Source: an uncultured Candidatus Saccharibacteria bacterium
GTDB taxonomy: Bacteria > Patescibacteriota > Minisyncoccia > 2-02-FULL-40-12 > IGHO2-01-FULL-4-A
DNA length: 50,312 nt
Direction of reading: 5' to 3'
Assembly: GCA_964367475.1 (NCBI GenBank)
Contig: CAYIXQ010000001.1
Span: 1 to 50,312, forward strand
Position numbers and translations under genes: made by a program. Under the pieces are notes generated by a model that did no database searches, had not been told where the DNA came from, and saw only the letters and a list, made by a program, of their open reading frames with translations. Positions 37,803-46,261 of this stretch are shown here, in pieces; position 1 is the stretch's first letter, and every line of letters starts with the position of its first letter.

Positions 37803-38746
37803 ACATCTCAAGAATAATTTTTTCTGTATTTTTAGCCGGTCTTTTTATTTTTTTGCTTTTCCGGCAGGTTGATTTTGCCAATGTCCGAGAATTGGGGCGA
37901 AACTTAAACTGGACCTACAGTGTACTGGCTTTTTTGGCCTATTTTGGCCTGAATGTTTTACGAGCCATTAGGTTTGAGCTGCTTTTGAACCGAGCGGTTA
38001 AGCTCCGGGCTATGCTGAATATCATTTTTGTCCAAAATTTTTTTAATGTCATACTACCTTTTAGACTGGGCGAACTGTCATATATTCACTTTATCAGGTC
38101 ATATAATATTAGCTTTGGTAAAAATATGGCCTCGCTGATTGGCGCCCGCTTTTTAGATCTTTTAAGCATTGTCATAATTTTTCTTTTCTCCCTTTTCTCT
38201 CTGATCCAAACGGTTAGTTATTCCATAACCTTAATAATAGTAAGCCTCGTTTTGATATTAATCCTGTTTATCGTATTACCCCTATTTTTTTGGCTTTTTG
38301 GAATTATCGAACACCGATTAACTGTAAAAAACTCCGATGGAGCTCTGGGCTTTATTTTAAGAAAGGTTATTGAAGTCAGGACATCTTTAATTAGTTTAAA
38401 CCATCAGCGTCTTTTAATAAATGCCGGTGTTCTATCGTTAGCTATTTGGCTGATGACATTTTTAGTTGGCATGTTTTTGTTTCGAAGTGTGCTAATAAAT
38501 TTTGGTTTTTGGGAAGCGGTTTTCGCGTACGCTTTTCCCGTTGTTGCTAGTTTTACTCCATTTCATTTTTTTGCCGGTTTTGGCAGCTATGAAAGCGTAA
38601 CCAGCCTCGGTTTGATTATTTTAGGATTAAACAATAACGTCGCCATCAGCTCAAGTCTGATGCTCCATTTACAGGAATTAGTTTTTGTCGTTATTCTAGC
38701 GATGGTGGGTTTCTGGCAGATGACGCGTTCCCGACATGAAAAATAA
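37799..38746 (+). CDS. UPF0104 / LPG_synthase_TM-like (flippase-like) polytopic membrane protein
   Basis: The N-terminus FLAGLFIFLLFRQVDFANVRELGRNLNWTYSVLAFLAYFGLNVLRAIRFELLL is the typical family signature. About 8 hydrophobic helices follow. Confidence 0.65.
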   Translation: MNISRIIFSVFLAGLFIFLLFRQVDFANVRELGRNLNWTYSVLAFLAYFGLNVLRAIRFELLLNRAVKLRAMLNIIFVQNFFNVILPFRLGELSYIHFIRSYNISFGKNMASLIGARFLDLLSIVIIFLFSLFSLIQTVSYSITLIIVSLVLILILFIVLPLFFWLFGIIEHRLTVKNSDGALGFILRKVIEVRTSLISLNHQRLLINAGVLSLAIWLMTFLVGMFLFRSVLINFGFWEAVFAYAFPVVASFTPFHFFAGFGSYESVTSLGLIILGLNNNVAISSSLMLHLQELVFVVILAMVGFWQMTRSRHEK

Positions 38747-41195
38747 CTTCAAGATAATCTTATTTCTTTTTAGCTTGGCCGTCATTTCCGGTTTTTTTTG
38801 GAACCAGCGCATTTTGGGGGAACCGATTTCTAACGATCAAATAGTTTATGATGGTGTGGCCAAAGATATCATCGAAAGGGGAACATTTACTTTCAAAAGC
38901 AAGAGCACTTATATAGAGCCGGTCTATCCTTATTTTCTGGCTGGAGTATACAGAGTTTTTGGATATAATTTTGATGCCGTGCGAGTTGTCCAAATATTTA
39001 TCTTTGGACTAACGGTGATCTTCTCTTACTTAATCACAAAAGATTTTTTGGGTCAGCGGAAGGCCGTTATTGTCGGGATCGTATCGGCAATATTTTATGG
39101 TTTGGCTACTCAAGCCGGAGTTATTCAAACTGATGTGATATTTACTTTTCTGGTAGTGGTTACCGCCTGGTTTTTGGGTAAGACCATTAGTTCAACAAAG
39201 TTTTTTTGGCCATTATTTTTAGGTTTAATTTTAGGTCTGACCACCCTGACGCGGGGGATTGCCCAGTACCTGATTGTTTTTATTATCGTCTATTTTTTTC
39301 TTTATTTTAGGAAGATTAATCTTAAAAGAGGTATTTATAAAACTGTATTTACCGTCATCGGCTTTACGGCAGTTATATTACCTTGGTTGTTAAGAGCGGA
39401 TTTCGAATCGGCCAATGCCACCGTGACGCCGCGAGGCGGGGAACTGCTAATTACCCGGGCCGAGCTGATGGAAAATACCTATCCCCACTATGGTAGTCAT
39501 TTAATCGGTCATCTTTTCGGATATTATTTTGCCCAATTTTTTGATCCGGCAGTTTCCGCCAGCGCCTTTCGGGAAGCGGCGGCCAGTGAGGAGAAAATTT
39601 ATAGTCTGCTCGCTCGGGGCGTAAGTCACGCAGAGCTTGATAGGATTTTAACAGCCGAAGGGCGTCAAAGAATATTAAACCAGCCCTTTAAGTATTTATT
39701 ATTTTCTTTTCTCGACTTTATTAGTTTTAATAGTCCGATTATTCCTGAAAGTCCATATTGGCAAAATTCGGTGGCTATCCACCCAATGTTTGCAGACGGT
39801 CGCCATCCGGAAATTCCGCCTTATCAAAAAGTATTGTTCGTTTTGAGTTTACGAGTAGTTTGGTTTGTACTAATTTTTTGGGTGATTTACGGATTTGTTA
39901 AGAAAAGACAGCAATGGCCAAAATTTTGCGTATTGCTGGTGTTTATAATTTATTTCAACCTTATTTATAGCTTGATTCATGCCATACCCCGCTATGCCTT
40001 GCCAATCTACCCGTTTTACTTTATTTTAGCGACAGTTGGAATTTCCGCCCAGCCCATGATTTACTCAAAATTTCGCAATATTCTTATATTTTTATTATGT
40101 CTTTGGCGATATTTGCAATCCGGTAAGGCCAATAAGATTCCCAGCCAGCCCAGCCGAATTTTAATTGTCCAATTGGCCGGTGTGGGCGATATGGTTTGCA
40201 CCACGCCCATGTTTAGGGCCATAAAGCTTAAATATCCCGAAGCACGGTTAATTGTTCTGGGCAGCGGGAGCAATAAGGATTTATTGGAGAATAATTCTGA
40301 TGTTGATCAGTATATAATTCATCAAGACAGTTTTTGGAAACAGCTTGACCAATTTAAAAAACTGGACATCAATTTTGCCGCCATTACCGCTCCCAGATTT
40401 TCAGTGCTTGCCCAACTATATCTAGCGGGTGTAACGGCCATTGTCACGCCCTACATTACCAACGGTCACAGCCCGTACGAAACCAAACTTTATCGGTTGA
40501 TAAGGAAGGTGGCTGTTCAAAAAGAGCATAAAATGGAGCATTATGCCGGCCGGGAGTACCTTAAATTGCTTGAACCACTGAACATTAAAACTGAAGATAC
40601 TGCTAAACATCTGGCATTTTCGCGAACTTCCGAATCGAAGGTTCTCGATTTCTTTAATAATTCGGGAATTTATCCGGCCGGCGATTTTATTGTTGGAATA
40701 TCGCCTTCATCCGGAAATAAAATAAAAAACTGGTCGGCAAAAAAGTTTGCCAGGCTAGCAGACCACCTGATAGAAAAATACCACGCCAAGATAATTGTCA
40801 TTGGAGTGGCCGATGATAGCCAGGAAGTCCAGGATTTGATAAAATCAGCATTATTCGGGACAAAAATTTTCGACACTCTCAGCCTTTTTAATTTAGAGGA
40901 ACTGAAAGCGTTAATTTCAAAAATGAACCTATTCGTTAGTGTTGATACTGGGCCGATTTATATTGCTGAAGCATTTCACGTGCCGACAGTAGATATTATC
41001 GGCCCGATTGACGAACGAGAACAGCCACCGATCGGAGAATTTCACAAAATTGTAGTGGCGCAAAGAAAGAAACCTGAATTATACGTTATGAATGCGCGCC
41101 GTTATAATCGCCGGGAGGCAATCAGACAATCAGAGGCCATCAGCACAGAAATGGTCATCGAAAAAGTAGACGAATTGATTCAAAAAGCCAATTGA
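38736..41195 (+). CDS. Fusion protein: GT-C (ArnT/PMT_2, GT39/83-like) membrane domain plus C-terminal GT9 heptosyltransferase-like domain
   Basis: Residues 1..~450 are polytopic with an ArnT-like start (DQIVYDGVAKDIIERGTF...EPVYPYFLAGVY). From ~460 on it carries ILIVQLAGVGDMVCTTPMFRAIKLKYPEARLIVL, GISPSSGNKIKNWSAKKF and LFVSVDTGPIYIAEAFHVPTVDIIGP, the RfaF/WaaC (GT9) signatures. Confidence 0.75.
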   Translation: MKNNFKIILFLFSLAVISGFFWNQRILGEPISNDQIVYDGVAKDIIERGTFTFKSKSTYIEPVYPYFLAGVYRVFGYNFDAVRVVQIFIFGLTVIFSYLITKDFLGQRKAVIVGIVSAIFYGLATQAGVIQTDVIFTFLVVVTAWFLGKTISSTKFFWPLFLGLILGLTTLTRGIAQYLIVFIIVYFFLYFRKINLKRGIYKTVFTVIGFTAVILPWLLRADFESANATVTPRGGELLITRAELMENTYPHYGSHLIGHLFGYYFAQFFDPAVSASAFREAAASEEKIYSLLARGVSHAELDRILTAEGRQRILNQPFKYLLFSFLDFISFNSPIIPESPYWQNSVAIHPMFADGRHPEIPPYQKVLFVLSLRVVWFVLIFWVIYGFVKKRQQWPKFCVLLVFIIYFNLIYSLIHAIPRYALPIYPFYFILATVGISAQPMIYSKFRNILIFLLCLWRYLQSGKANKIPSQPSRILIVQLAGVGDMVCTTPMFRAIKLKYPEARLIVLGSGSNKDLLENNSDVDQYIIHQDSFWKQLDQFKKLDINFAAITAPRFSVLAQLYLAGVTAIVTPYITNGHSPYETKLYRLIRKVAVQKEHKMEHYAGREYLKLLEPLNIKTEDTAKHLAFSRTSESKVLDFFNNSGIYPAGDFIVGISPSSGNKIKNWSAKKFARLADHLIEKYHAKIIVIGVADDSQEVQDLIKSALFGTKIFDTLSLFNLEELKALISKMNLFVSVDTGPIYIAEAFHVPTVDIIGPIDEREQPPIGEFHKIVVAQRKKPELYVMNARRYNRREAIRQSEAISTEMVIEKVDELIQKAN

Positions 41196-42928
41196 TAATT
41201 TTAGGGATACATATTGATACCCACGATACCGGAGCGGTCATCTTAAAAGATGGCCGTATTGTTGCCGCTATTAACAAAGAAAGATTATCCCGTAAAAAAA
41301 TGGATGGCAGCGCGCCCTATCGCTCGATTAAGGAAGTTATGAAAATCAGTGACATTAAGGAAAACGATATTAACGTCATTGCTTTTTCTGGGTTTAAGCC
41401 CGGTTTTAAAAAACTTTTCTATTTTTTCTGGCAGCAGCACCAGCGAGTTTGGTTTACAAAGTTTAGTTACCTCAAATCTTTTATTAATCCGAAAACTTTT
41501 GCGGCGGGCAGATTTTTACGCCAAACGGGACTAGCCGGTATTAAGGAATTTTTCAGAGTCAGCTGGCACACTTATGCGATTATCCGCCATTTCCGCGCCG
41601 AGGGTTTTAAAGGCAAGGTCGAATTTATCAATCATGACTTATGTCATGCCGCCGGCGCCTACTTTACTTCCGGCTTTGAGAGAGGCCTGGTAGCTATTAT
41701 TGAAGGTTCCAGCTTTGCCAATACCGGTTCTTTTTGGTGGGCCGAAAACGGTCAACTCAAAAAGGTTTACGAAATTCCACTGCCTCATAGCATTGGGCGA
41801 TATTATGAAACCGTTACTGCCATCTTGGGCTTTAATGCTCATCGGCATGGCGGAAAAATTACCGGCCTGGCAGCGCTGGGTGATTCCAATAGGCTTTATG
41901 AAAAAGTGGCTGTCTTGCTAAGGATAAATGATCTTAAAGTTACCGTTCACCCCAAACTTTATAGTCTTTACGACGAGTATTTTGCCAGAGGAAAGAAGTT
42001 ACCAGAATATTTTGGCGACAACAGACGTGAGGATGTAGCCGCAGCTTTCCAAAAAAGATTGGAAGATGTGACCCTTGAATTCCTAAAAAATCTGTTGCAA
42101 CGTTATCCCGCCAATTCAATAATGCTCTCGGGCGGTGTGGCCGCCAATGTTAAACTTAACATGGAAATAATGCAGTTGCCCAGCATTCAAAAAGTTTTTG
42201 TCCATCCGGGAATGTCTGATGTCGGTCAAGCCATGGGGGCGGCACTAGCTACTGCCAAAAAATACGAACCTGGCTTCGGGCCATTTGAATTGAAAGACGT
42301 ATATTTTGGGAATTCCTATAGCGATAAGGAAATCGAGAATTATTTGGTACAGAACAAAATTGATTTTTCTGTTCCGGAAAATTTGGCCGAAGCGGCCGGG
42401 CGGTTGTTAAGCCAAAACAAAGTAGTGGGGATTTATCATAGTCGAATGGAATATGGTCCCAGAGCTTTGGGTAACCGGTCGATTCTTTATCCGGCTACTG
42501 ATCCAGCCGTCAATGACTGGCTTAATAAACGACTTAACCGCACCGAATTTATGCCCTTTGCCCCTGTAACTTTGGAGGAAAGGGCCTATGACTGTTATAA
42601 TAAATCTGATATTGACAAATCCAGATTGGCTACCCGTTTTATGACAATAGCTGTTAAAGTTACGGATTATATGAAAAAAAATATGCCGGCGGCAGTGCAT
42701 GTGGACGGTACCGCCGGGCCGCAGTTGATCAGCCGCGATTTAAATCCTTTCTATTATGATGTTATAAAATACAACGAAAATATCACCGGTCTACCCAGTC
42801 TGGTTAATACCAGTTTCAACATGCACGAGGAACCGATTGTTTGTAGTCCGGGGGACGCTGTCAAAGCCTATGAACAAAGCCGACTTGAGGCGCTCGTGAT
42901 TGGCAAATATTTAATCACGCATAAATAA
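41192..42928 (+). CDS. NodU/CmcH-family carbamoyltransferase
   Basis: IILGIHIDTHDTGAVILKDGRIVAAINKERLSRKK, HDLCHAAGAYF and the C-terminal EYGPRALGNRSIL...NTSFNMHEEPIV. The start is TTG and overlaps the upstream stop. Confidence 0.8.
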   Translation: MIILGIHIDTHDTGAVILKDGRIVAAINKERLSRKKMDGSAPYRSIKEVMKISDIKENDINVIAFSGFKPGFKKLFYFFWQQHQRVWFTKFSYLKSFINPKTFAAGRFLRQTGLAGIKEFFRVSWHTYAIIRHFRAEGFKGKVEFINHDLCHAAGAYFTSGFERGLVAIIEGSSFANTGSFWWAENGQLKKVYEIPLPHSIGRYYETVTAILGFNAHRHGGKITGLAALGDSNRLYEKVAVLLRINDLKVTVHPKLYSLYDEYFARGKKLPEYFGDNRREDVAAAFQKRLEDVTLEFLKNLLQRYPANSIMLSGGVAANVKLNMEIMQLPSIQKVFVHPGMSDVGQAMGAALATAKKYEPGFGPFELKDVYFGNSYSDKEIENYLVQNKIDFSVPENLAEAAGRLLSQNKVVGIYHSRMEYGPRALGNRSILYPATDPAVNDWLNKRLNRTEFMPFAPVTLEERAYDCYNKSDIDKSRLATRFMTIAVKVTDYMKKNMPAAVHVDGTAGPQLISRDLNPFYYDVIKYNENITGLPSLVNTSFNMHEEPIVCSPGDAVKAYEQSRLEALVIGKYLITHK

Positions 42929-44313
42929 TGAAAACTATTTTTATTTCCAGCTTTCACCCCTTTATTTCCCGGAACGTTCTTAATACAGATATTTTTAAGA
43001 TTTTAAGAAGCAACACCGATTTAAAAATAATTATTCTTGTACCTGAAGAGAAGAAACAGTTTTTTGTTCAGTATTATAGCGCTGGCAACGTGATTATCGA
43101 GGGGTTCAATCAAAAACCGATCCGGACCTCGCGTTTTAACAAATTTTTTCATAATGCTGCATTTCTTCTCATTAAAACACATTATACTTACTATACTAAG
43201 TGGGATCGCCTAAAGGTTAATCCGACATTAGTGGGCAGGATAAAATTTTTAATTGAAAATATTCTAACTAATATTCTGGCTGGTCATAAGTGGGCCAATA
43301 AACTTTTCAGATTATTTGATAATTTACTTACGGCGGCTAACTTCTACCAACTCTACTTTGACAAATATAAACCGGCAGCCGTTTTTGCCACCGACATTTA
43401 TAATGATTATGACCAGTTGTTAATAAAAGAAAGCAAAACTCGGCTTGTTCCGGTAGTTGGCATGATCCGATCGTGGGATAACAATTATAGTAAGGGCCTC
43501 TGCCGTTTTTTGCCGGATAAACTCATAGTTAATAATGAGACTATCAAAAAAGAAGCCGTGATGATGCACAACTTTAGGCCAGAAAATATATTTATTGGCG
43601 GCATACCCCAATTTGATGATTATCTGAAAGCCCCGTTTTTAAGCCGGGAAGAATTTTTCCAAAAAATTGACGGTGATCCGGCTAAAAAAATGGTTCTGGT
43701 TTCACCGGCTGGCTTTCCACTGGTGTCCCTAGAGGAAGATATCAATATGTGCCAGATTCTTAAAGAGGCCCAGGATCGGGGCGATATCAGTCAGGCTGTT
43801 CAATTCCTGATCCGTAGTCATCCCCATCGACCGGTACTCATTCAGGGATTTGAAGGCGTTAAAAACTTTATTATTGAATCACACAGCACCACTTCTAAAA
43901 CCCAGGGCAAGGGCGCCGAATTCACACTTCAGGACAAGCTCCACTTGGTTGATTCGATATACTATGCCGATGTTGTAATCTGGGCGGCAACATCACTGGG
44001 CATTGATTCCTTGGCCATGAATAAACCCCAAATCCTAATAAATTTTGATGGCTTAAAAAAGAAAGACTATTGGGATAGTGTCAGGCGTTTTCATGACGAA
44101 GAACATATGAAAAAGTTTCTTAATACCGGTGCCGTGCTGGTGGCAAATGATGGAGAAGAACTTGTAGGGCATATTAATCGGTATTTGGAAAACTCAAGAC
44201 TGCTTACTGACGAAAAAAAAACCGCCGCAGCGCAACAGCTGTGGAAAAATGATGGCCAATCCGGTCAAAGAATAGGAAATTTTATCCTTGAGTTTATTCA
44301 GTCACACACCTAA
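42928..44313 (+). CDS. Hypothetical protein, possibly GT-B-like transferase
   Basis: A 461-aa ORF translationally coupled to its neighbours. The alternating beta-alpha pattern (KTIFISSFHPFISRN, AAVFATDIYNDYD, VVIWAATSLGIDS) suggests two Rossmann-like halves. No family was recognised with confidence. Confidence 0.4.
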   Translation: MKTIFISSFHPFISRNVLNTDIFKILRSNTDLKIIILVPEEKKQFFVQYYSAGNVIIEGFNQKPIRTSRFNKFFHNAAFLLIKTHYTYYTKWDRLKVNPTLVGRIKFLIENILTNILAGHKWANKLFRLFDNLLTAANFYQLYFDKYKPAAVFATDIYNDYDQLLIKESKTRLVPVVGMIRSWDNNYSKGLCRFLPDKLIVNNETIKKEAVMMHNFRPENIFIGGIPQFDDYLKAPFLSREEFFQKIDGDPAKKMVLVSPAGFPLVSLEEDINMCQILKEAQDRGDISQAVQFLIRSHPHRPVLIQGFEGVKNFIIESHSTTSKTQGKGAEFTLQDKLHLVDSIYYADVVIWAATSLGIDSLAMNKPQILINFDGLKKKDYWDSVRRFHDEEHMKKFLNTGAVLVANDGEELVGHINRYLENSRLLTDEKKTAAAQQLWKNDGQSGQRIGNFILEFIQSHT

Positions 44314-44316
44314 AAA

Positions 44317-45510
44317 ATGAAAAACAATATTATCTTTGAGGATTTTTTACTATCAACCAAGGTTGGGAAATTGGATATTGATGAGAATATTCCGTTTGAA
44401 GAGCTAAAAAATTGTCCCGCCTGTCGCACGGAAAGACAAGTGGTAGCGGAGTTGCAATCCAGGCGAACGTCAAAAAAAATTAGATATGGTATTTGTGCTA
44501 CCTGTGGGTATATGGGTTACATTGATCGTCCCAGTCAGGATTGGCTGGCGAATTATTATTCGCGGGATTGGGATAAATTAATCACTCGCTCAATTGAGGA
44601 AATCCGATCTGAAACCGGCCTAGAGGCTAAAAGCGGACCAAAAACCAGCCGGTTTATCGCTTTTAGTTTGGCACAGCAGTTACCGATAGATAAGAATAAA
44701 TCAATCTTGGAGATTGGCAGCGGTTACGGCGAGGTTCTCAAAAATTTTAAAGATATCGGTTTTAATTCAGTTGTTGGCGTGGAAAATTCGGAACATCGGG
44801 CAAAAATTGTAACCGAAGCCTTTGACATACCGGTTTTTTCGGGAGAATTTGAAAATCATCAGGTCCAAAAAAACCTCGCGAATTTTAAGCCATTTGGACT
44901 CATCTTTAGTCATCACGTTTTGGAACATACTTTTAATCCAGACGAAATTATTAATAAGATAAGCGACCTCCAGGACGATGGGGGATATTTGGTACTAGCT
45001 CTGCCCAATGCTATGGGGGAACATATCAATTACGCTTTATTCTATTTAGTCCATTTACATTCTTTCACCAAAGAATCGCTGGAAATAATCTTGAACCGGA
45101 ATGGTTATCAAATTATCAAGGATAATTCACCCGATCCAACCAATATTATTCTAGCGGCCCAAAAAAGCACCAATCCAAAATCAATTTTTCCTAGACGCAA
45201 TGATTATTTCGATTGTGCCCGCAACAGAATAATAAGGGCATTGGGCATGGATAAAATCCAGCAAGGATCGGCGTATGAGATAAAATGGGAACAAAAACTC
45301 GATAACTCTGACCCGTCACAGGTGTTAAAACTTAATTTTGGAAAAGTCAACTGGTGGTTGAAAAAAGCCATGTCTTTCATTAAACGAAAACTCGGGCGTT
45401 ACTCTACGGTTTACACTTTTTTGATCAGTGTGGTGGATAGCAGCGATTCTGCCACCACCGGACCTATCAGAATATTTTTTAAAGATAAAATTAAACTCCT
45501 TGCCAAATGA
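44317..45510 (+). CDS. Class I SAM methyltransferase with zinc ribbon
   Basis: CPACRTERQ...GICATCGYMGYIDRP, ILEIGSGYGE and FGLIFSHHVLEHT. Confidence 0.7.
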   Translation: MKNNIIFEDFLLSTKVGKLDIDENIPFEELKNCPACRTERQVVAELQSRRTSKKIRYGICATCGYMGYIDRPSQDWLANYYSRDWDKLITRSIEEIRSETGLEAKSGPKTSRFIAFSLAQQLPIDKNKSILEIGSGYGEVLKNFKDIGFNSVVGVENSEHRAKIVTEAFDIPVFSGEFENHQVQKNLANFKPFGLIFSHHVLEHTFNPDEIINKISDLQDDGGYLVLALPNAMGEHINYALFYLVHLHSFTKESLEIILNRNGYQIIKDNSPDPTNIILAAQKSTNPKSIFPRRNDYFDCARNRIIRALGMDKIQQGSAYEIKWEQKLDNSDPSQVLKLNFGKVNWWLKKAMSFIKRKLGRYSTVYTFLISVVDSSDSATTGPIRIFFKDKIKLLAK

Positions 45511-46247
45511 AATTCTTTAATCCCGACAATATAAAAAAAGTTCAACTCTTCACCGCCCCGTCCGGTTTTCGTTATGGTCTGATTGAGAATATTTTTTATG
45601 AAAATGTGTTTGATCAATTGGTCAAAACATTTCCGGATGTTAAAAAATTTAAGTTTGTGGACAAGCCATCGGGTGGTGGCCGCAAAAGATTTTATGTTGG
45701 CCCGGTTTATGATGCCAATAAACACCAGGGTTGCATTTGTCACTTTGATGATCTTGATCCGATCTGGCTTAATGTAGTTCACGAATCGGCCTCGGCTGAA
45801 TTGATAAATTTATTTCAGGAAGTCAGCGGAATTAAATGTAACAATGTGGCTGTTTTCGGTTTTACTTATGGAAAAGAAGGTTGCGTTCAAGAACCGCATG
45901 TTGACGGGGCAGTTCGTGAAGACCGAAGCAATGCTTTTTCAACCATTGCCACCCTAATCTATTTTAATAAAGATTTAAACGGTAAAAGCGGCACCTGCGT
46001 TTACGCACCTGATCGCCAGACAAAACTTTATCAAGTCCAGAATATGCGCAACACCCTTTTCTTTTTCGAACAACATCCCGACGCCTGGCATGGCTTTCCA
46101 TTAATGCCGGCCGGTGAAGAAAGACGATTAGTCAGTTTAGCGTACGGTCAAGAAAGTCAACCATCAATTCTAAAAAACTCTCTCACACATAAACTAACTT
46201 GCAAACTGCGATATAAATCACTTGCTAAAAAACTCTTGTCTATCTAG
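45507..46247 (+). CDS. Putative 2OG-Fe(II) oxygenase-like protein
   Basis: A candidate HxD...H triad: QEPHVDGA (H-x-D) and a distal PDAWHGFP. The size and beta-rich pattern fit a double-stranded beta-helix. Not verified. Confidence 0.45.
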   Translation: MKFFNPDNIKKVQLFTAPSGFRYGLIENIFYENVFDQLVKTFPDVKKFKFVDKPSGGGRKRFYVGPVYDANKHQGCICHFDDLDPIWLNVVHESASAELINLFQEVSGIKCNNVAVFGFTYGKEGCVQEPHVDGAVREDRSNAFSTIATLIYFNKDLNGKSGTCVYAPDRQTKLYQVQNMRNTLFFFEQHPDAWHGFPLMPAGEERRLVSLAYGQESQPSILKNSLTHKLTCKLRYKSLAKKLLSI

Positions 46248-46261
46248 AACCTTATGAATAT

